Part shown: positions 17,863 to 26,640 of the stretch, in pieces | Position numbering within the stretch: position 1 is the first letter of the stretch | Layout of the letters: every line of letters starts with the position of its first letter | Source of the DNA: a virus | Lineage: Duplodnaviria; Caudoviricetes | IMG/VR virus record: IMGVR_UViG_2974670102_000001 | Location: 64,001 to 128,000 of that record | Strand: one strand, 5' to 3' | DNA length: 64,000 nt | Notes under the pieces: generated by a model | The model's input: the letters and a program-made list of their open reading frames with translations, nothing else | Database searches by the model: none | What the model was told of the DNA's origin: nothing | Position numbers and translations under genes: made by a program

Positions 17863-18146
17863 TAGCTGCTCTCCTTGTCAAACTTCATGATGTCGATGTG
17901 TACGCCGATGGCTTCGTAGCTCTGCGATGCGTACACGGCCACGGCGTCGTCTACGATCAGGTACTCGTAGACGAGTTCCCCACCGTCTACCGGACGGCCC
18001 GTCAGGTAGACCACAACGTCTTCCAGCTTTGTGCCGTTCACGTTGGGCTTACGTGCGTACTGCGTGGCACCCTTCTCGATCCACCACTTGACACCCTGCT
18101 CGTTGATGAACATGGGTTCCGTATTGCGCAGATTCATGAAGCTCAT
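17862..18146 (-). CDS. hypothetical protein
   Basis: CAGGAGG RBS before MSFMNL. Confidence 0.7.
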   Translation of the reverse strand: MSFMNLRNTEPMFINEQGVKWWIEKGATQYARKPNVNGTKLEDVVVYLTGRPVDGGELVYEYLIVDDAVAVYASQSYEAIGVHIDIMKFDKESS

Positions 18147-18439
18147 GCAGCCTCCTGTTGTGTTGCGGACGTGGCACATACCCACTCACTGGGTACGAAC
18201 CTGATACGTCCTTGAGGTGAAGTCAAGAACAGGGCCATGGCCGGGCTTATCTCCCGACCCTCCCTGCTCGGCGCTGGGTCACACTTCTCGAACCCGAGTT
18301 CCGGGTTGAGCGAATCGTCTAGATCACGGGCTCTCTCCCAACCGTTAAGCCAGAGGGAACGCGCGACGCCGGATTCAGGATTTTCATGTTGCCGTACACC
18401 ATCCCAGTATGCCTCGTAACCGGCGCGACGTGCGCCCAC
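18143..18439 (-). CDS. ribosome modulation factor (Rmf)-like protein
   Basis: RAGYEAYWDG...ENP...RSLWLNGWERA matches Rmf pattern RGYQAG..G...CPY...RSQWLGGWREA. Confidence 0.6.
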   Translation of the reverse strand: MGARRAGYEAYWDGVRQHENPESGVARSLWLNGWERARDLDDSLNPELGFEKCDPAPSREGREISPAMALFLTSPQGRIRFVPSEWVCATSATQQEAA

Positions 18440-18441
18440 GG

Positions 18442-18693
18442 TCAGCCTTTATGCTCGTCTGCAACCACCCGGAACTCCTTCAGGTGCTCCGCGTCCATGA
18501 GGCGCACGATCCGGCTCACTCTGGCGGCCACGGATCGGCATCGCGACTGATACTCGTCGAGGCGATCGATCTCGCTCGCGCTGCGCGACGTGAAGGCCGC
18601 GCGTTCTGCCCACCGGGCTTTATCATAGGCGACACCAGCGATGAAGAGCAGGTCAGCCTTACTGAGTTCCTTGTTCAGATCGATACTGCTCAC
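18442..18693 (-). CDS. small helical protein, paralog of next gene
   Basis: DLNKELS..DL...A...Y..AR.AERA shared with 18690-18923. Confidence 0.75.
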   Translation of the reverse strand: MSSIDLNKELSKADLLFIAGVAYDKARWAERAAFTSRSASEIDRLDEYQSRCRSVAARVSRIVRLMDAEHLKEFRVVADEHKG

Positions 18694-18923
18694 AGTACAC
18701 CTCCGATTTGGGGCAACTTAGCGGCATCACGCAGACGCACTGCGCGGCTAAGCTTGTCTGCCAAACGACGCCGCTTGCACGCCTCTTCCAAGAACGGCAG
18801 TTCTTCTTTGGCAGTGGGGGCTTCGTACCCTGCGCGCTCGGCTCGGCGGGCATCGGCGTAGAGGATGTTGGCGGCCAGAATGAGGTCGCTCGTGCTGAGT
18901 TCCTTGTTCAGATCGAGTTCCAT
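18690..18923 (-). CDS. small helical early protein
   Basis: AGGAG RBS; promoter TTGCAA-16-TACAAT at 18951-18978. Confidence 0.75.
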   Translation of the reverse strand: MELDLNKELSTSDLILAANILYADARRAERAGYEAPTAKEELPFLEEACKRRRLADKLSRAVRLRDAAKLPQIGGVL

Positions 18924-18995
18924 GCAATCTCCTAATCAGTTGATGCACGTATTGTACACGGATCACACACAATTGCAAGCGGGAAACACAAAACA

Positions 18996-19024
18996 AAAAA
19001 GCCCGGCGGGGGACCGGGCTTTTT
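18996..19024. terminator. bidirectional intrinsic terminator
   Basis: AAAAAGCCCGG-CGGGGGA-CCGGGCTTTTT. Confidence 0.8.
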
Positions 19025-19048
19025 CTTATGCTCGTGGCGCGACGTGTA

Positions 19049-19405
19049 TTACAGCGGGGCTGCGCCCGTCGGGAACGGATACGGCGACGACGGGATCGGC
19101 TTGGCGGTGACGACCGCTGCGTCTGCCGGGGCCGAGACGTTGATCGGTTGCGTGCCAGCCGGAGCCTTGGTGTTGACCGCGATGCCTGCCGGGACCGTCG
19201 ACGGTTGTGCCGTGAACGTGTTGCTGCCGATCACGAGCGTCGTTTCGGCTGCGACGCCTGCGTTCGTGAGCGCACGCGCCTTGCTGCGGACCAGACCGTT
19301 GGCCATCAGGAACTTGACTGCCGGTTCTTTTGCCGTGAAGCTCTGGCTCTTGGCCGATGCGGTGCCTGCGTTGACCGTGACGTTCAGGATGTTCTTCGTG
19401 CTCAT
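19049..19405 (-). CDS. Ala/Thr/Pro-rich protein, possibly virion decoration
   Basis: Monocistronic, AGGAG RBS, strongly biased codons; function inferred only from composition. Confidence 0.65.
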   Translation of the reverse strand: MSTKNILNVTVNAGTASAKSQSFTAKEPAVKFLMANGLVRSKARALTNAGVAAETTLVIGSNTFTAQPSTVPAGIAVNTKAPAGTQPINVSAPADAAVVTAKPIPSSPYPFPTGAAPL

Positions 19406-19460
19406 TTGCTTCTCCTTTCAGGTTGGTTGGTACTACTCTCTCACTACAGGCTGAAGTCTA

Positions 19461-19931
19461 TCAGCCGAACAGCTTGCTGTAAAGCTCTTTTTCCTCTGCT
19501 GCTACACGCGCTGCCTCACGCGCTTCTTCGATCTGACGCCGGATGTCCGACACGATGCGTCGCTTCTGGTGCTCGATGAAGACTTCCAGTTCGTTAAGCG
19601 GGAACACGATGTTCGCGAACACTTCCCGCACACGGCCATCGCGGTCGATGGTACGGAACGTGACGGTGGTATCGCTCTCGATATCCGCCTCCACAGTGTA
19701 CCACGAGAATTCCTTGATGTGGCCGAAGCCGCAGTAGATAGCACCACGTTCTTGTGCCCAGCGTGCCGTTTCCTCGCCTACGAAACCGAGGGTGCCGTAC
19801 ACCTCGTTCAGCGTGTTGCGATTCTGCCGCACGAATGTCGAGAACAGACCATGACGGTCGCTCTTGTCACGCACCCGAATCGGGAACAGTTCTTCGCGCA
19901 CCGCCGCGATAAGCTCTTGGTCAACTTCCAC
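19461..19931 (-). CDS. hypothetical early protein
   Basis: AAGGAG RBS; promoter TTGCAC-16-TATAAT at 19966-19993. Confidence 0.75.
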   Translation of the reverse strand: MEVDQELIAAVREELFPIRVRDKSDRHGLFSTFVRQNRNTLNEVYGTLGFVGEETARWAQERGAIYCGFGHIKEFSWYTVEADIESDTTVTFRTIDRDGRVREVFANIVFPLNELEVFIEHQKRRIVSDIRRQIEEAREAARVAAEEKELYSKLFG

Positions 19932-20014
19932 CGTCTTGCTCCTTGTCGTTAAGTCGATGAAGTGAATTATACAGGTTCTGAAGATCAGTGCAAGTGTTTT
20001 TCACTTTCTTTTTA

Positions 20015-20209
20015 CTACACTCCCTTAATCAGCTTCGGGGTATCGTGTGCGCGATTCACATCGCAGTGTACAGCCTCACCGCGCTCGAAGCGTCGGTAGT
20101 GATGCCACATGCAATGTGGACATTCAAGTATGAGGTCCCCCGTCACGTCGCGCCCCAAGCTGACTCGGAACCAGCGACCACAGTGCTTACAGTAGTGGTG
20201 GTCGATCAT
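20015..20209 (-). CDS. Zn-ribbon protein
   Basis: CKHC...CPHC. Confidence 0.7.
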   Translation of the reverse strand: MIDHHYCKHCGRWFRVSLGRDVTGDLILECPHCMWHHYRRFERGEAVHCDVNRAHDTPKLIKGV

Positions 20210-20559
20210 TTGCGGTGCGCTTTTGCTTTCTTTTTCGACGCATGGGTGTGAACGCGTTCAGGCTTCACGTTCCGGGCACGAGCAACGGTCGCGGCACGAG
20301 CCTTCTGGAGTGGCGGGGCCACGTACTGCTTCTGCTCTTTGCAGAATACGCGATCTTCCGAGGTGTACTGACCAGCAGCGTCGACGGAACGTGAGTTCGG
20401 GGCCACGATCTGCGTCATGGACGCAGCAGCCTCGTCACACACCTGCTTCGACGTGTACTGCTGCGAGTTCGGGACCTGCGTCTCCTGCATCTTGAACGCT
20501 ATCTTCCCGTTCAGCAGGAGGACCGTGGCGGTTGTCAGGATGTACGTGGTTAGCGTCAT
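20206..20559 (-). CDS. hypothetical protein with hydrophobic N-terminus
   Basis: Coupled ORF. Confidence 0.65.
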   Translation of the reverse strand: MTLTTYILTTATVLLLNGKIAFKMQETQVPNSQQYTSKQVCDEAAASMTQIVAPNSRSVDAAGQYTSEDRVFCKEQKQYVAPPLQKARAATVARARNVKPERVHTHASKKKAKAHRK

Positions 20560-20990
20560 CCGAACAACTCGCGCAACGTGGGAACGAGGTCCGCGTACTT
20601 GAGGGTGTCGATCTCGCGGATCAACACGTCTTCACCGATGTCCGAATAGACTTCGGCGCGGATGCCCTTGCTCTTGAGGAATTCAGCCAGTCGGTTGGCC
20701 TCGGCAACACCGCGACTGTCGGGACGGAACGTCTGGATCACGATCATCGTGTTGTCGTCCACACGCTCGCTGGCAAAGCGCTCGCGACGGTGGGCGCACG
20801 AGGGCCCGGGCAGGCAGTGACCACCGGTCATGAAGCAGCGGAAGCCGTTGTTCGTAACACCGGTTTGAGCCACAACGACCTCACGCAGCGGGCACTCAGC
20901 AGCGTCGTAGCCCGGGTGGTTGTGGAACGGTGCGGAGCCCGGCAGCAGAGTCGACGAACACGGCAGGTCTTCGTTACGGATCGGGTTCAT
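20556..20990 (-). CDS. Cys-rich hypothetical protein
   Basis: Coupled ORF. Confidence 0.65.
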   Translation of the reverse strand: MNPIRNEDLPCSSTLLPGSAPFHNHPGYDAAECPLREVVVAQTGVTNNGFRCFMTGGHCLPGPSCAHRRERFASERVDDNTMIVIQTFRPDSRGVAEANRLAEFLKSKGIRAEVYSDIGEDVLIREIDTLKYADLVPTLRELFG

Positions 20991-21054
20991 GGAAAGTTCT
21001 CGAAAGTTGGGATACCCGAATCATAGCGCAGCAACACATGAAACGCAAGGGCCA

Positions 21055-21083
21055 AAAGAAAAACCCGGCACTGGGCCGGGTCT
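21055..21083 (-). terminator. intrinsic terminator
   Basis: ACCCGGC-CCAGT-GCCGGGT then TTTTCTTTT; same loop as the 8001-8032 terminator. Confidence 0.7.
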
Positions 21084-21085
21084 GG

Positions 21086-21286
21086 TTACTGCTCGACTGA
21101 TTCGTACTTCACGAGAAAGGCGCGAGTCACACGCGAGCGATATGCTTGACCGCCAGTGCGTTGCGCCGCTTTCTCTGCCGCACCCATGGTCTTGAAGACC
21201 GCGAGGTATCCGTCGACACACAGGTGGGGCTTTCCGGACGAGGGGAGGATGTGAATGCCCTCACCGCGCTTTAGGCCCCCGCGCAT
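21086..21286 (-). CDS. hypothetical protein
   Basis: Coupled ORF before terminator. Confidence 0.55.
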   Translation of the reverse strand: MRGGLKRGEGIHILPSSGKPHLCVDGYLAVFKTMGAAEKAAQRTGGQAYRSRVTRAFLVKYESVEQ

Positions 21287-21669
21287 CAGGCGCTCAGGTC
21301 AAGGCCACGTGCCTTGAAGAAGTCGTGGATGATCTCCAGACCCTCGGCCGCTTGCTTGTAGCCTTCTGCGGCCAGTGCCTCGTTGCGGCCCGGCAGCGCA
21401 TCATCCATCTTGCGGAAGCCGAGGCGCAGGAGCGTCAGGCCCTCGGCCCAGTCGCGGATGACCGGGAAACCTGCGGCGGTTGCCGCGTCTTGTTCTTTCT
21501 GGTTGTACGGCTGAACGTTCATCTTGATTCCTTGTTGAAGGGCGCAGAGTTTGGCCCAAAAGTCGGGGTCGGGTGCCGGGTCTGGCTTCGGCGTCCCGTC
21601 CTCGTTAAAACAGTAGAAGCCGCCTTCGCAACCTAGTGCGAGACAGCCTCCGGGTTTGCAGTCTTTCAC
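21286..21669 (-). CDS. hypothetical protein
   Basis: GTG at 21669 coupled to upstream stop; alternative ATG at 21522. Confidence 0.55.
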   Translation of the reverse strand: MKDCKPGGCLALGCEGGFYCFNEDGTPKPDPAPDPDFWAKLCALQQGIKMNVQPYNQKEQDAATAAGFPVIRDWAEGLTLLRLGFRKMDDALPGRNEALAAEGYKQAAEGLEIIHDFFKARGLDLSA

Positions 21670-22007
21670 TCTTGTACCTCGAAGAACATATTGGCGATTG
21701 CTTCGCATGTGCGGTACGCCACCTCGTTCGGGGACGCAGGCACGAACGGGTCGACCGCGCGACCGCGAACGTTAATGTGCAGCGTGCCGTCGTCCTTGAA
21801 ATTGAGAATGGTGCCCCGATTTGCGAGCACGACGCGCGCGAAGTCATCGCCCATGACCAGCGGATTGAAGTAGCGCATGCGGCCCGTCTCATCCCTTACG
21901 TGCACGGCAACTGCGTCACGCACGCGGTACGTCATGTAGTCGAATCCAGATGCCCGGCAGCAGGTCCGGATCACCGAGATATCATGCTGGCTGTGGGAAA
22001 CCTTCAT
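21666..22007 (-). CDS. hypothetical protein
   Basis: ATGA coupled. Confidence 0.65.
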   Translation of the reverse strand: MKVSHSQHDISVIRTCCRASGFDYMTYRVRDAVAVHVRDETGRMRYFNPLVMGDDFARVVLANRGTILNFKDDGTLHINVRGRAVDPFVPASPNEVAYRTCEAIANMFFEVQE

Positions 22008-22387
22008 GCGCTCACCGCTAACGTTCCGTCGTCTTCGGGCCACTCGTCGGCCTCCGACGGCCCCGCGCCATCCTCGTCACCGAAGTCGGCGTCATCGTCG
22101 AGGTGCTGCGTCTCGACATCGGTCACGTGGTCGGCTTCGAACGTGATGAGTTCGGGCATCGAGCCGAGGTAGTAGTCGGTGTAACCCATCCACCCCTTCT
22201 GCGCCGAACCCGAGCCCGGGTAGATGTCAGCGTAGGTCAGGAAACACGGGTGCTCGTACCCGGCCCAATCGCCCTCTGCGATCAGCGGGCTTGTGCCGTC
22301 CGGACCCACACCGATCTCGACGGCTACCAGACGATGGATCGTGTCACCCCACGAACCGGCCTTGTACTCATGAATCAGCTTCATCAT
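22004..22387 (-). CDS. hypothetical protein with acidic tail
   Basis: GGAGG RBS. Confidence 0.7.
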   Translation of the reverse strand: MMKLIHEYKAGSWGDTIHRLVAVEIGVGPDGTSPLIAEGDWAGYEHPCFLTYADIYPGSGSAQKGWMGYTDYYLGSMPELITFEADHVTDVETQHLDDDADFGDEDGAGPSEADEWPEDDGTLAVSA

Positions 22388-23379
22388 TCCTCCAGATAGG
22401 TTTTCAGCTTCGCGAAAAGCTTAGTGACTTGATTCTCGGTGAAACCAAAGTGTTCACGTGCGCGCTCAATGTAACGGGTGTAGTCCATTGAGTCAACAGC
22501 GGACGCATTGTCACGCTTTAGAAATTCCGAGAAATCTCGATCATGGTGTCCAGCACAGATCAGAAGAAACCGTTGCACATCGGGCCGCATGTTTTTCGAA
22601 AGCTGGACCAACGTCGTAAGGCTGTCGCGCAAGCCGCCCATGTACTGATCAGGAGCCGCCATATTCGAAAGCGCTTCGGTCGTAACCAGCCTCGATTCAA
22701 ACTCACCTTTGTCGCCACCGCTCTTTAGCTGAAGGCGCTGACGGCTCGGATTCGTGTGATACGAGATCAGCGTCTTACCCGTGTTCGAGATCGTGGTCTT
22801 GGCCACGTTCGTGATGTGCAATTCCGAGTCGAAGCGCGGGTACTTCAGATACATGGCACGCAGCGCCTGCGTCGTCATGTCGTTCTTCAGGTCCTCGCGC
22901 TTCAGCCCGAAAGCAGGCTTCATCAGGAACTTCATCTTCTTATTCATGAACTTTCCAATGTAGCCGGATCGTTCAAGTTCCTCGATCACTCCGTAAACCT
23001 TGGCCTGCCACGTTGCCAACCGGTACGCTGGGTACTTGAAGGGCAGATGGTTCAGGTTGAGACGACGAAGAAACCTAGCATCGTCCGCGTCGATCTTGAA
23101 ATCGATGGCACGGGGCTTCTCTCCACCCATGCGATGGCGGAAATATGCCCATGCGTACAGCTTGCAATTGCAAAGCACGTAACCCGTGGCCCCTTGCAGG
23201 TCGATACCAATGCCTTCGGCACGGATAACGGCCAACACGCGGTCCACGGATTCGGGTTCGATCTCACGCAACGTCGCGACCAGTGAATCTTGGTCGCGTC
23301 GCCCAAACAGGTAGGCGAAGGTCGCGCCTGCAAGCACGGGGAAGTTCTCTTCCCTGAAACCGAAAATCTCCTTGAGCAT
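22384..23379 (-). CDS. divergent sigma70-family-like factor (putative)
   Basis: Region-2-like GLKREDLKNDM...ALRAM...PRFD...TNVAKTTISN and region-4-like C-terminal HTH (AREHFGFTENQVTKLFAKLK). Confidence 0.5.
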   Translation of the reverse strand: MLKEIFGFREENFPVLAGATFAYLFGRRDQDSLVATLREIEPESVDRVLAVIRAEGIGIDLQGATGYVLCNCKLYAWAYFRHRMGGEKPRAIDFKIDADDARFLRRLNLNHLPFKYPAYRLATWQAKVYGVIEELERSGYIGKFMNKKMKFLMKPAFGLKREDLKNDMTTQALRAMYLKYPRFDSELHITNVAKTTISNTGKTLISYHTNPSRQRLQLKSGGDKGEFESRLVTTEALSNMAAPDQYMGGLRDSLTTLVQLSKNMRPDVQRFLLICAGHHDRDFSEFLKRDNASAVDSMDYTRYIERAREHFGFTENQVTKLFAKLKTYLEE

Positions 23380-23411
23380 GACCTACTCCCTACACTACGT
23401 TGATGAAGCGC

Positions 23412-24530
23412 TTACTCGCCCGTCTTGAGCAAATACGAATTCGAAATCGCCTTAAAGCTGAAACCCGACTCCGCATGCTTGTAAACCTTGCCTTCAGCGG
23501 GCTTGCCGTTGATGCCCTTGTGCTCGGCGCGTGCCAGCAGATCGGCCTTCGTCTTCGCGATGTCGTACAGGCGGAAGTGGCCACCGACCGGAACGTGCTT
23601 GATGCCGAGTTCCTGAGCCAGATGCTCGACCTGAACCGGCGTCAGGTATTCCTGCGCGTCAATGTCCCACACGTCGTACAGGAAGAACGCGTGCGTGTCT
23701 GCCGGGAAGCCTTCGAAGTTCGACTGGATCGACGAACCGCACATTTCACCTTGAAGCGCGAGCGAGCGGCCGAGTGCTGCCGTCTTCTCCAGAAGTTGCT
23801 CCTGACGCGCAATGCGCCAGAACATGTTGTCTTCGGTCTCGACGAGATCGAGGTTGCGCGAGCACACGCTTTGCACGAGTTCCGGAAGCGCACCGTTTTC
23901 GTCAGCCTTTGCAAAACCAGCAAAGTACGGGCTGCTCGGAAGCAGAGTGTACGCGGTCAGCGACGAGCCGTCCATCTTCGTCGTTTCTTGGAAGACCTCT
24001 TCGCCCCACTTCTCGAACAGATCGCGGATGTTCTGCACGCGCTCCTGATCGGTCTTCGGGATGAAGTGCGGGAAGTTGCCGCGTGCGGTGCCGCGCAGGT
24101 TCGCGGGCAGCACCTTTTCCCACTTGACGATGCCCAGCGTTTCCGTCAGATCGACTTCAGCGATCTGCTCGTCGGTCAGGTCGGCCGCGCGATACGTCTT
24201 GTCCTCGACGCTGAAGTCGCTCAGTTCGGGGTACAGCGACAGCGGGAGCAGCAGGCCCTGCGAGAGTTGGCCTTTCAGCTTCATCGACTTGATGCGGGCA
24301 CCGCGCTTGCCCTCGAACGTGATGAAGCGCGGTTCGAGGAACGCATAGCGCTCGTCGTCGGCCGACAGGAACGAGTCGATTTCGAAATAGACGCCGATAT
24401 CGCCCACCTTGAATTCACCCTTCTTGACGACGCATTGCCAGCCGTCGATGAGGGCGAGTTCGATGAGATCGGCACCCGTGATCGGTTCGAGTGCGGTGAC
24501 GCGACGGAACGTTGCGAGTTTGCGAGTCAT
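23412..24530 (-). CDS. RNA ligase, DRB0094/Rnl2-like family
   Basis: RKLA..PI.GAD.IE, GWQCVVKK, YFEIDS, SQGL, FPHFIPKTDQERVQN, KMDGSS, QGE, EGKVYK, FKAISNSYL. Confidence 0.92.
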   Translation of the reverse strand: MTRKLATFRRVTALEPITGADLIELALIDGWQCVVKKGEFKVGDIGVYFEIDSFLSADDERYAFLEPRFITFEGKRGARIKSMKLKGQLSQGLLLPLSLYPELSDFSVEDKTYRAADLTDEQIAEVDLTETLGIVKWEKVLPANLRGTARGNFPHFIPKTDQERVQNIRDLFEKWGEEVFQETTKMDGSSLTAYTLLPSSPYFAGFAKADENGALPELVQSVCSRNLDLVETEDNMFWRIARQEQLLEKTAALGRSLALQGEMCGSSIQSNFEGFPADTHAFFLYDVWDIDAQEYLTPVQVEHLAQELGIKHVPVGGHFRLYDIAKTKADLLARAEHKGINGKPAEGKVYKHAESGFSFKAISNSYLLKTGE

Positions 24531-24551
24531 GTGTTTGTTGCCTCCTTGGCG

Positions 24552-25250
24552 TTAAACGTTGAATGCGATTTCGTCGGTGCGCTTGCGCCGACGCGTTGCC
24601 TTACCTTCTGCCGGTGCCTCGTCCTTCGTCAGGAACCACTCGGGGACCGCATCGAGCGACGGCGGTTCATACGCTTCGACGACGCTCGACTTCTTGATCA
24701 CCTTGTTCGACGGATCGAACACCAGACCTTGCTCGCGCAGGGACGCGCGTTTCTGCTTCCACTGCGAGAACGTGAGCAGCGAACCCGATTCGATGGACTC
24801 GGGGGGCATGTACATCGTGAACGACTTGCCGCGCTGCTGGCGGTCGGGGGAGCCGATCAGAATAACCTGCCCCTTCGACGTATAGCCCGCGACGTAGCCC
24901 ACCAGATAATTCGACACGTACTCGGTGCCGACGCAGAAGTAGAACTTCTGGCCCGGTTCGTACTGCTTTTTCTTCTGACGCAGGAGCGCGGTCGCGATCC
25001 GGCGTTGCTTCGGATTCCAGTTTCGGAACAACGTCACGAATTGCACGAACTGATCCGAGTTACCGCAGAGTTGCGTGGCGTCAGGCGTGTAGCAGGACGG
25101 GGCCACGGCCCCGGCCTTAATGCCTTCATCCTTGCAGATTTTCTCGTGGTCACTGTGGCGGTGTGCTTCCCAATGGAGGCATTCGCCACAGCGATAGCTG
25201 TCGGTCAACGCCTTGGGGAGCGCGGAAGTCAGCGAGTCTTTCTTTTGCAC
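24552..25250 (-). CDS. hypothetical protein with N-terminal Cys cluster
   Basis: CGECLH...C...C; AGGA RBS. Confidence 0.75.
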   Translation of the reverse strand: MQKKDSLTSALPKALTDSYRCGECLHWEAHRHSDHEKICKDEGIKAGAVAPSCYTPDATQLCGNSDQFVQFVTLFRNWNPKQRRIATALLRQKKKQYEPGQKFYFCVGTEYVSNYLVGYVAGYTSKGQVILIGSPDRQQRGKSFTMYMPPESIESGSLLTFSQWKQKRASLREQGLVFDPSNKVIKKSSVVEAYEPPSLDAVPEWFLTKDEAPAEGKATRRRKRTDEIAFNV

Positions 25251-25332
25251 TTTGCGTCCTTTCGTGGTTGGTGTCAGAAAGGGGCCCGCAGACCCCGAAT
25301 TAACAGCAGTCTATTACAGCAAGACTTGCGTG

Positions 25333-25665
25333 TCAAGCACCAACGATACGAGAGGTCGGGACTTTGATGCCCGTGGTTTTCGTCACGTAGCTCGCGATCA
25401 GGTCTTCCGGGCACTGGCGCACGAACAACACCATGTCGTGCGGCATCGGGAACTCGTCGAGAGCGCCGAACACCTTGTGGTTCGAGAGGTACGGCGTGAG
25501 CATGACGCCGGTAGCGCCGTTGGGGCCCACGCCCGGGACCGCATGAAGTTCGAACGGCTTGTCGAGGCCGAGTTGCTTGTCGTTCTCGCCTGCGTAGCGT
25601 GCGATCACGGTCTGGCCGTTCTTGAGGTGGACCGCGATCACGGGCTGTTTCTGTGCTTCACTCAT
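25333..25665 (-). CDS. Sm/LSm-like fold protein (putative)
   Basis: VHLKNGQTVIA beta-hairpin pattern typical of Sm-like phage proteins. Confidence 0.5.
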   Translation of the reverse strand: MSEAQKQPVIAVHLKNGQTVIARYAGENDKQLGLDKPFELHAVPGVGPNGATGVMLTPYLSNHKVFGALDEFPMPHDMVLFVRQCPEDLIASYVTKTTGIKVPTSRIVGA

Positions 25666-26131
25666 TACCGAAATTTCTCCTATACATGTTTTCTAGTGCG
25701 AGATAGAGGATGGATTCACGCGACTTGCACTTGGGGTACACCTTCTTGAGCCTGTCGACCATCGCCTTCTGCTTACCGGTCAGTCGCAACATCACGAGCG
25801 CCGGTTTATTCGGATCGCCCTTTGTCGCGGCCCACGCATTGTACACGACGGTCGCAAGTTCGAGCAATCTAGTTGCAGCCTTAGCAGGTTCCCCCTTCAG
25901 CAAATCGAAGTGCGGTTTGCCGGACTGGAGACGCAGTGCGATAGCGTGCACACGGTTGTGGTGGTCAGCGCAAAGGGTGACGGTGGGGCCGTCGGTGCCA
26001 CCGAAGTTACGGGGCACCACGTGATGCACTTCCCGGGATGCGGGTCCGGGCGGGACCGAATCCGTAAATCGCTGCTCGCACACATAGCAGTGCGGAAGGA
26101 TCACGTGTTTGACTTGTTGGTCAGCCGCCAT
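25658..26131 (-). CDS. HNH nuclease with C-terminal RHH-like segment
   Basis: CYVC, HHVVPRNFGG, LCADHHNRVH; LVMLRLT...SRESILYLAL. Confidence 0.75.
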   Translation of the reverse strand: MAADQQVKHVILPHCYVCEQRFTDSVPPGPASREVHHVVPRNFGGTDGPTVTLCADHHNRVHAIALRLQSGKPHFDLLKGEPAKAATRLLELATVVYNAWAATKGDPNKPALVMLRLTGKQKAMVDRLKKVYPKCKSRESILYLALENMYRRNFGNE

Positions 26132-26630
26132 AGGACTTGGCGGTGTCTTGGTAATAGTCCGAGGACGGAGCATACCGGTAGTCGCGCGTAAGCTGCACTT
26201 CGTGGCTGAACGTGAGCATGCGACGGTCGATAGTGCCAAGCACGTGCGTGATGCTGTTGACGAACGTGCGGACGTGGCGCTTGAGCGGGACCATATGCGG
26301 CACCAGCACCATGTGCGGGAAGTAGAGATTCCCGTAGAACTCGTTCGGAGCCTCTTCGCGCAGGTCTTGAGCCCGAGTCAGCAGATCATCGCTGGACAGC
26401 GGCAGGATCAGCGACGAGTCACCGAGGGCCGTGTCGTACCAGATGCCCATATAGCCGGGCCGTGCACGATACACTGCACCCGTGTCGTCGAGCTTCATTT
26501 CGGTCTCGGAGATATTGAGCGAGACATAGGCCGCATCGAAGTTCACCTCGAACGGGCAACCGTTGAACACGGTGCGCAAGTAGTCCAGAGTTTCGTTCGT
26601 GGGAAGGGCCATCGTTTCGTACAGTTTCAT
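26121..26630 (-). CDS. Acb1/gp57B-like 2H phosphoesterase with degenerate HxT motifs
   Basis: TLDYL, YVSLNIS, GYMGIW, SLILPLSSDDLLTR, YFPHMVL are colinear with remembered T4 gp57B blocks. Confidence 0.6.
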   Translation of the reverse strand: MKLYETMALPTNETLDYLRTVFNGCPFEVNFDAAYVSLNISETEMKLDDTGAVYRARPGYMGIWYDTALGDSSLILPLSSDDLLTRAQDLREEAPNEFYGNLYFPHMVLVPHMVPLKRHVRTFVNSITHVLGTIDRRMLTFSHEVQLTRDYRYAPSSDYYQDTAKSYGG

Positions 26631-26640
26631 TCATTCACCT

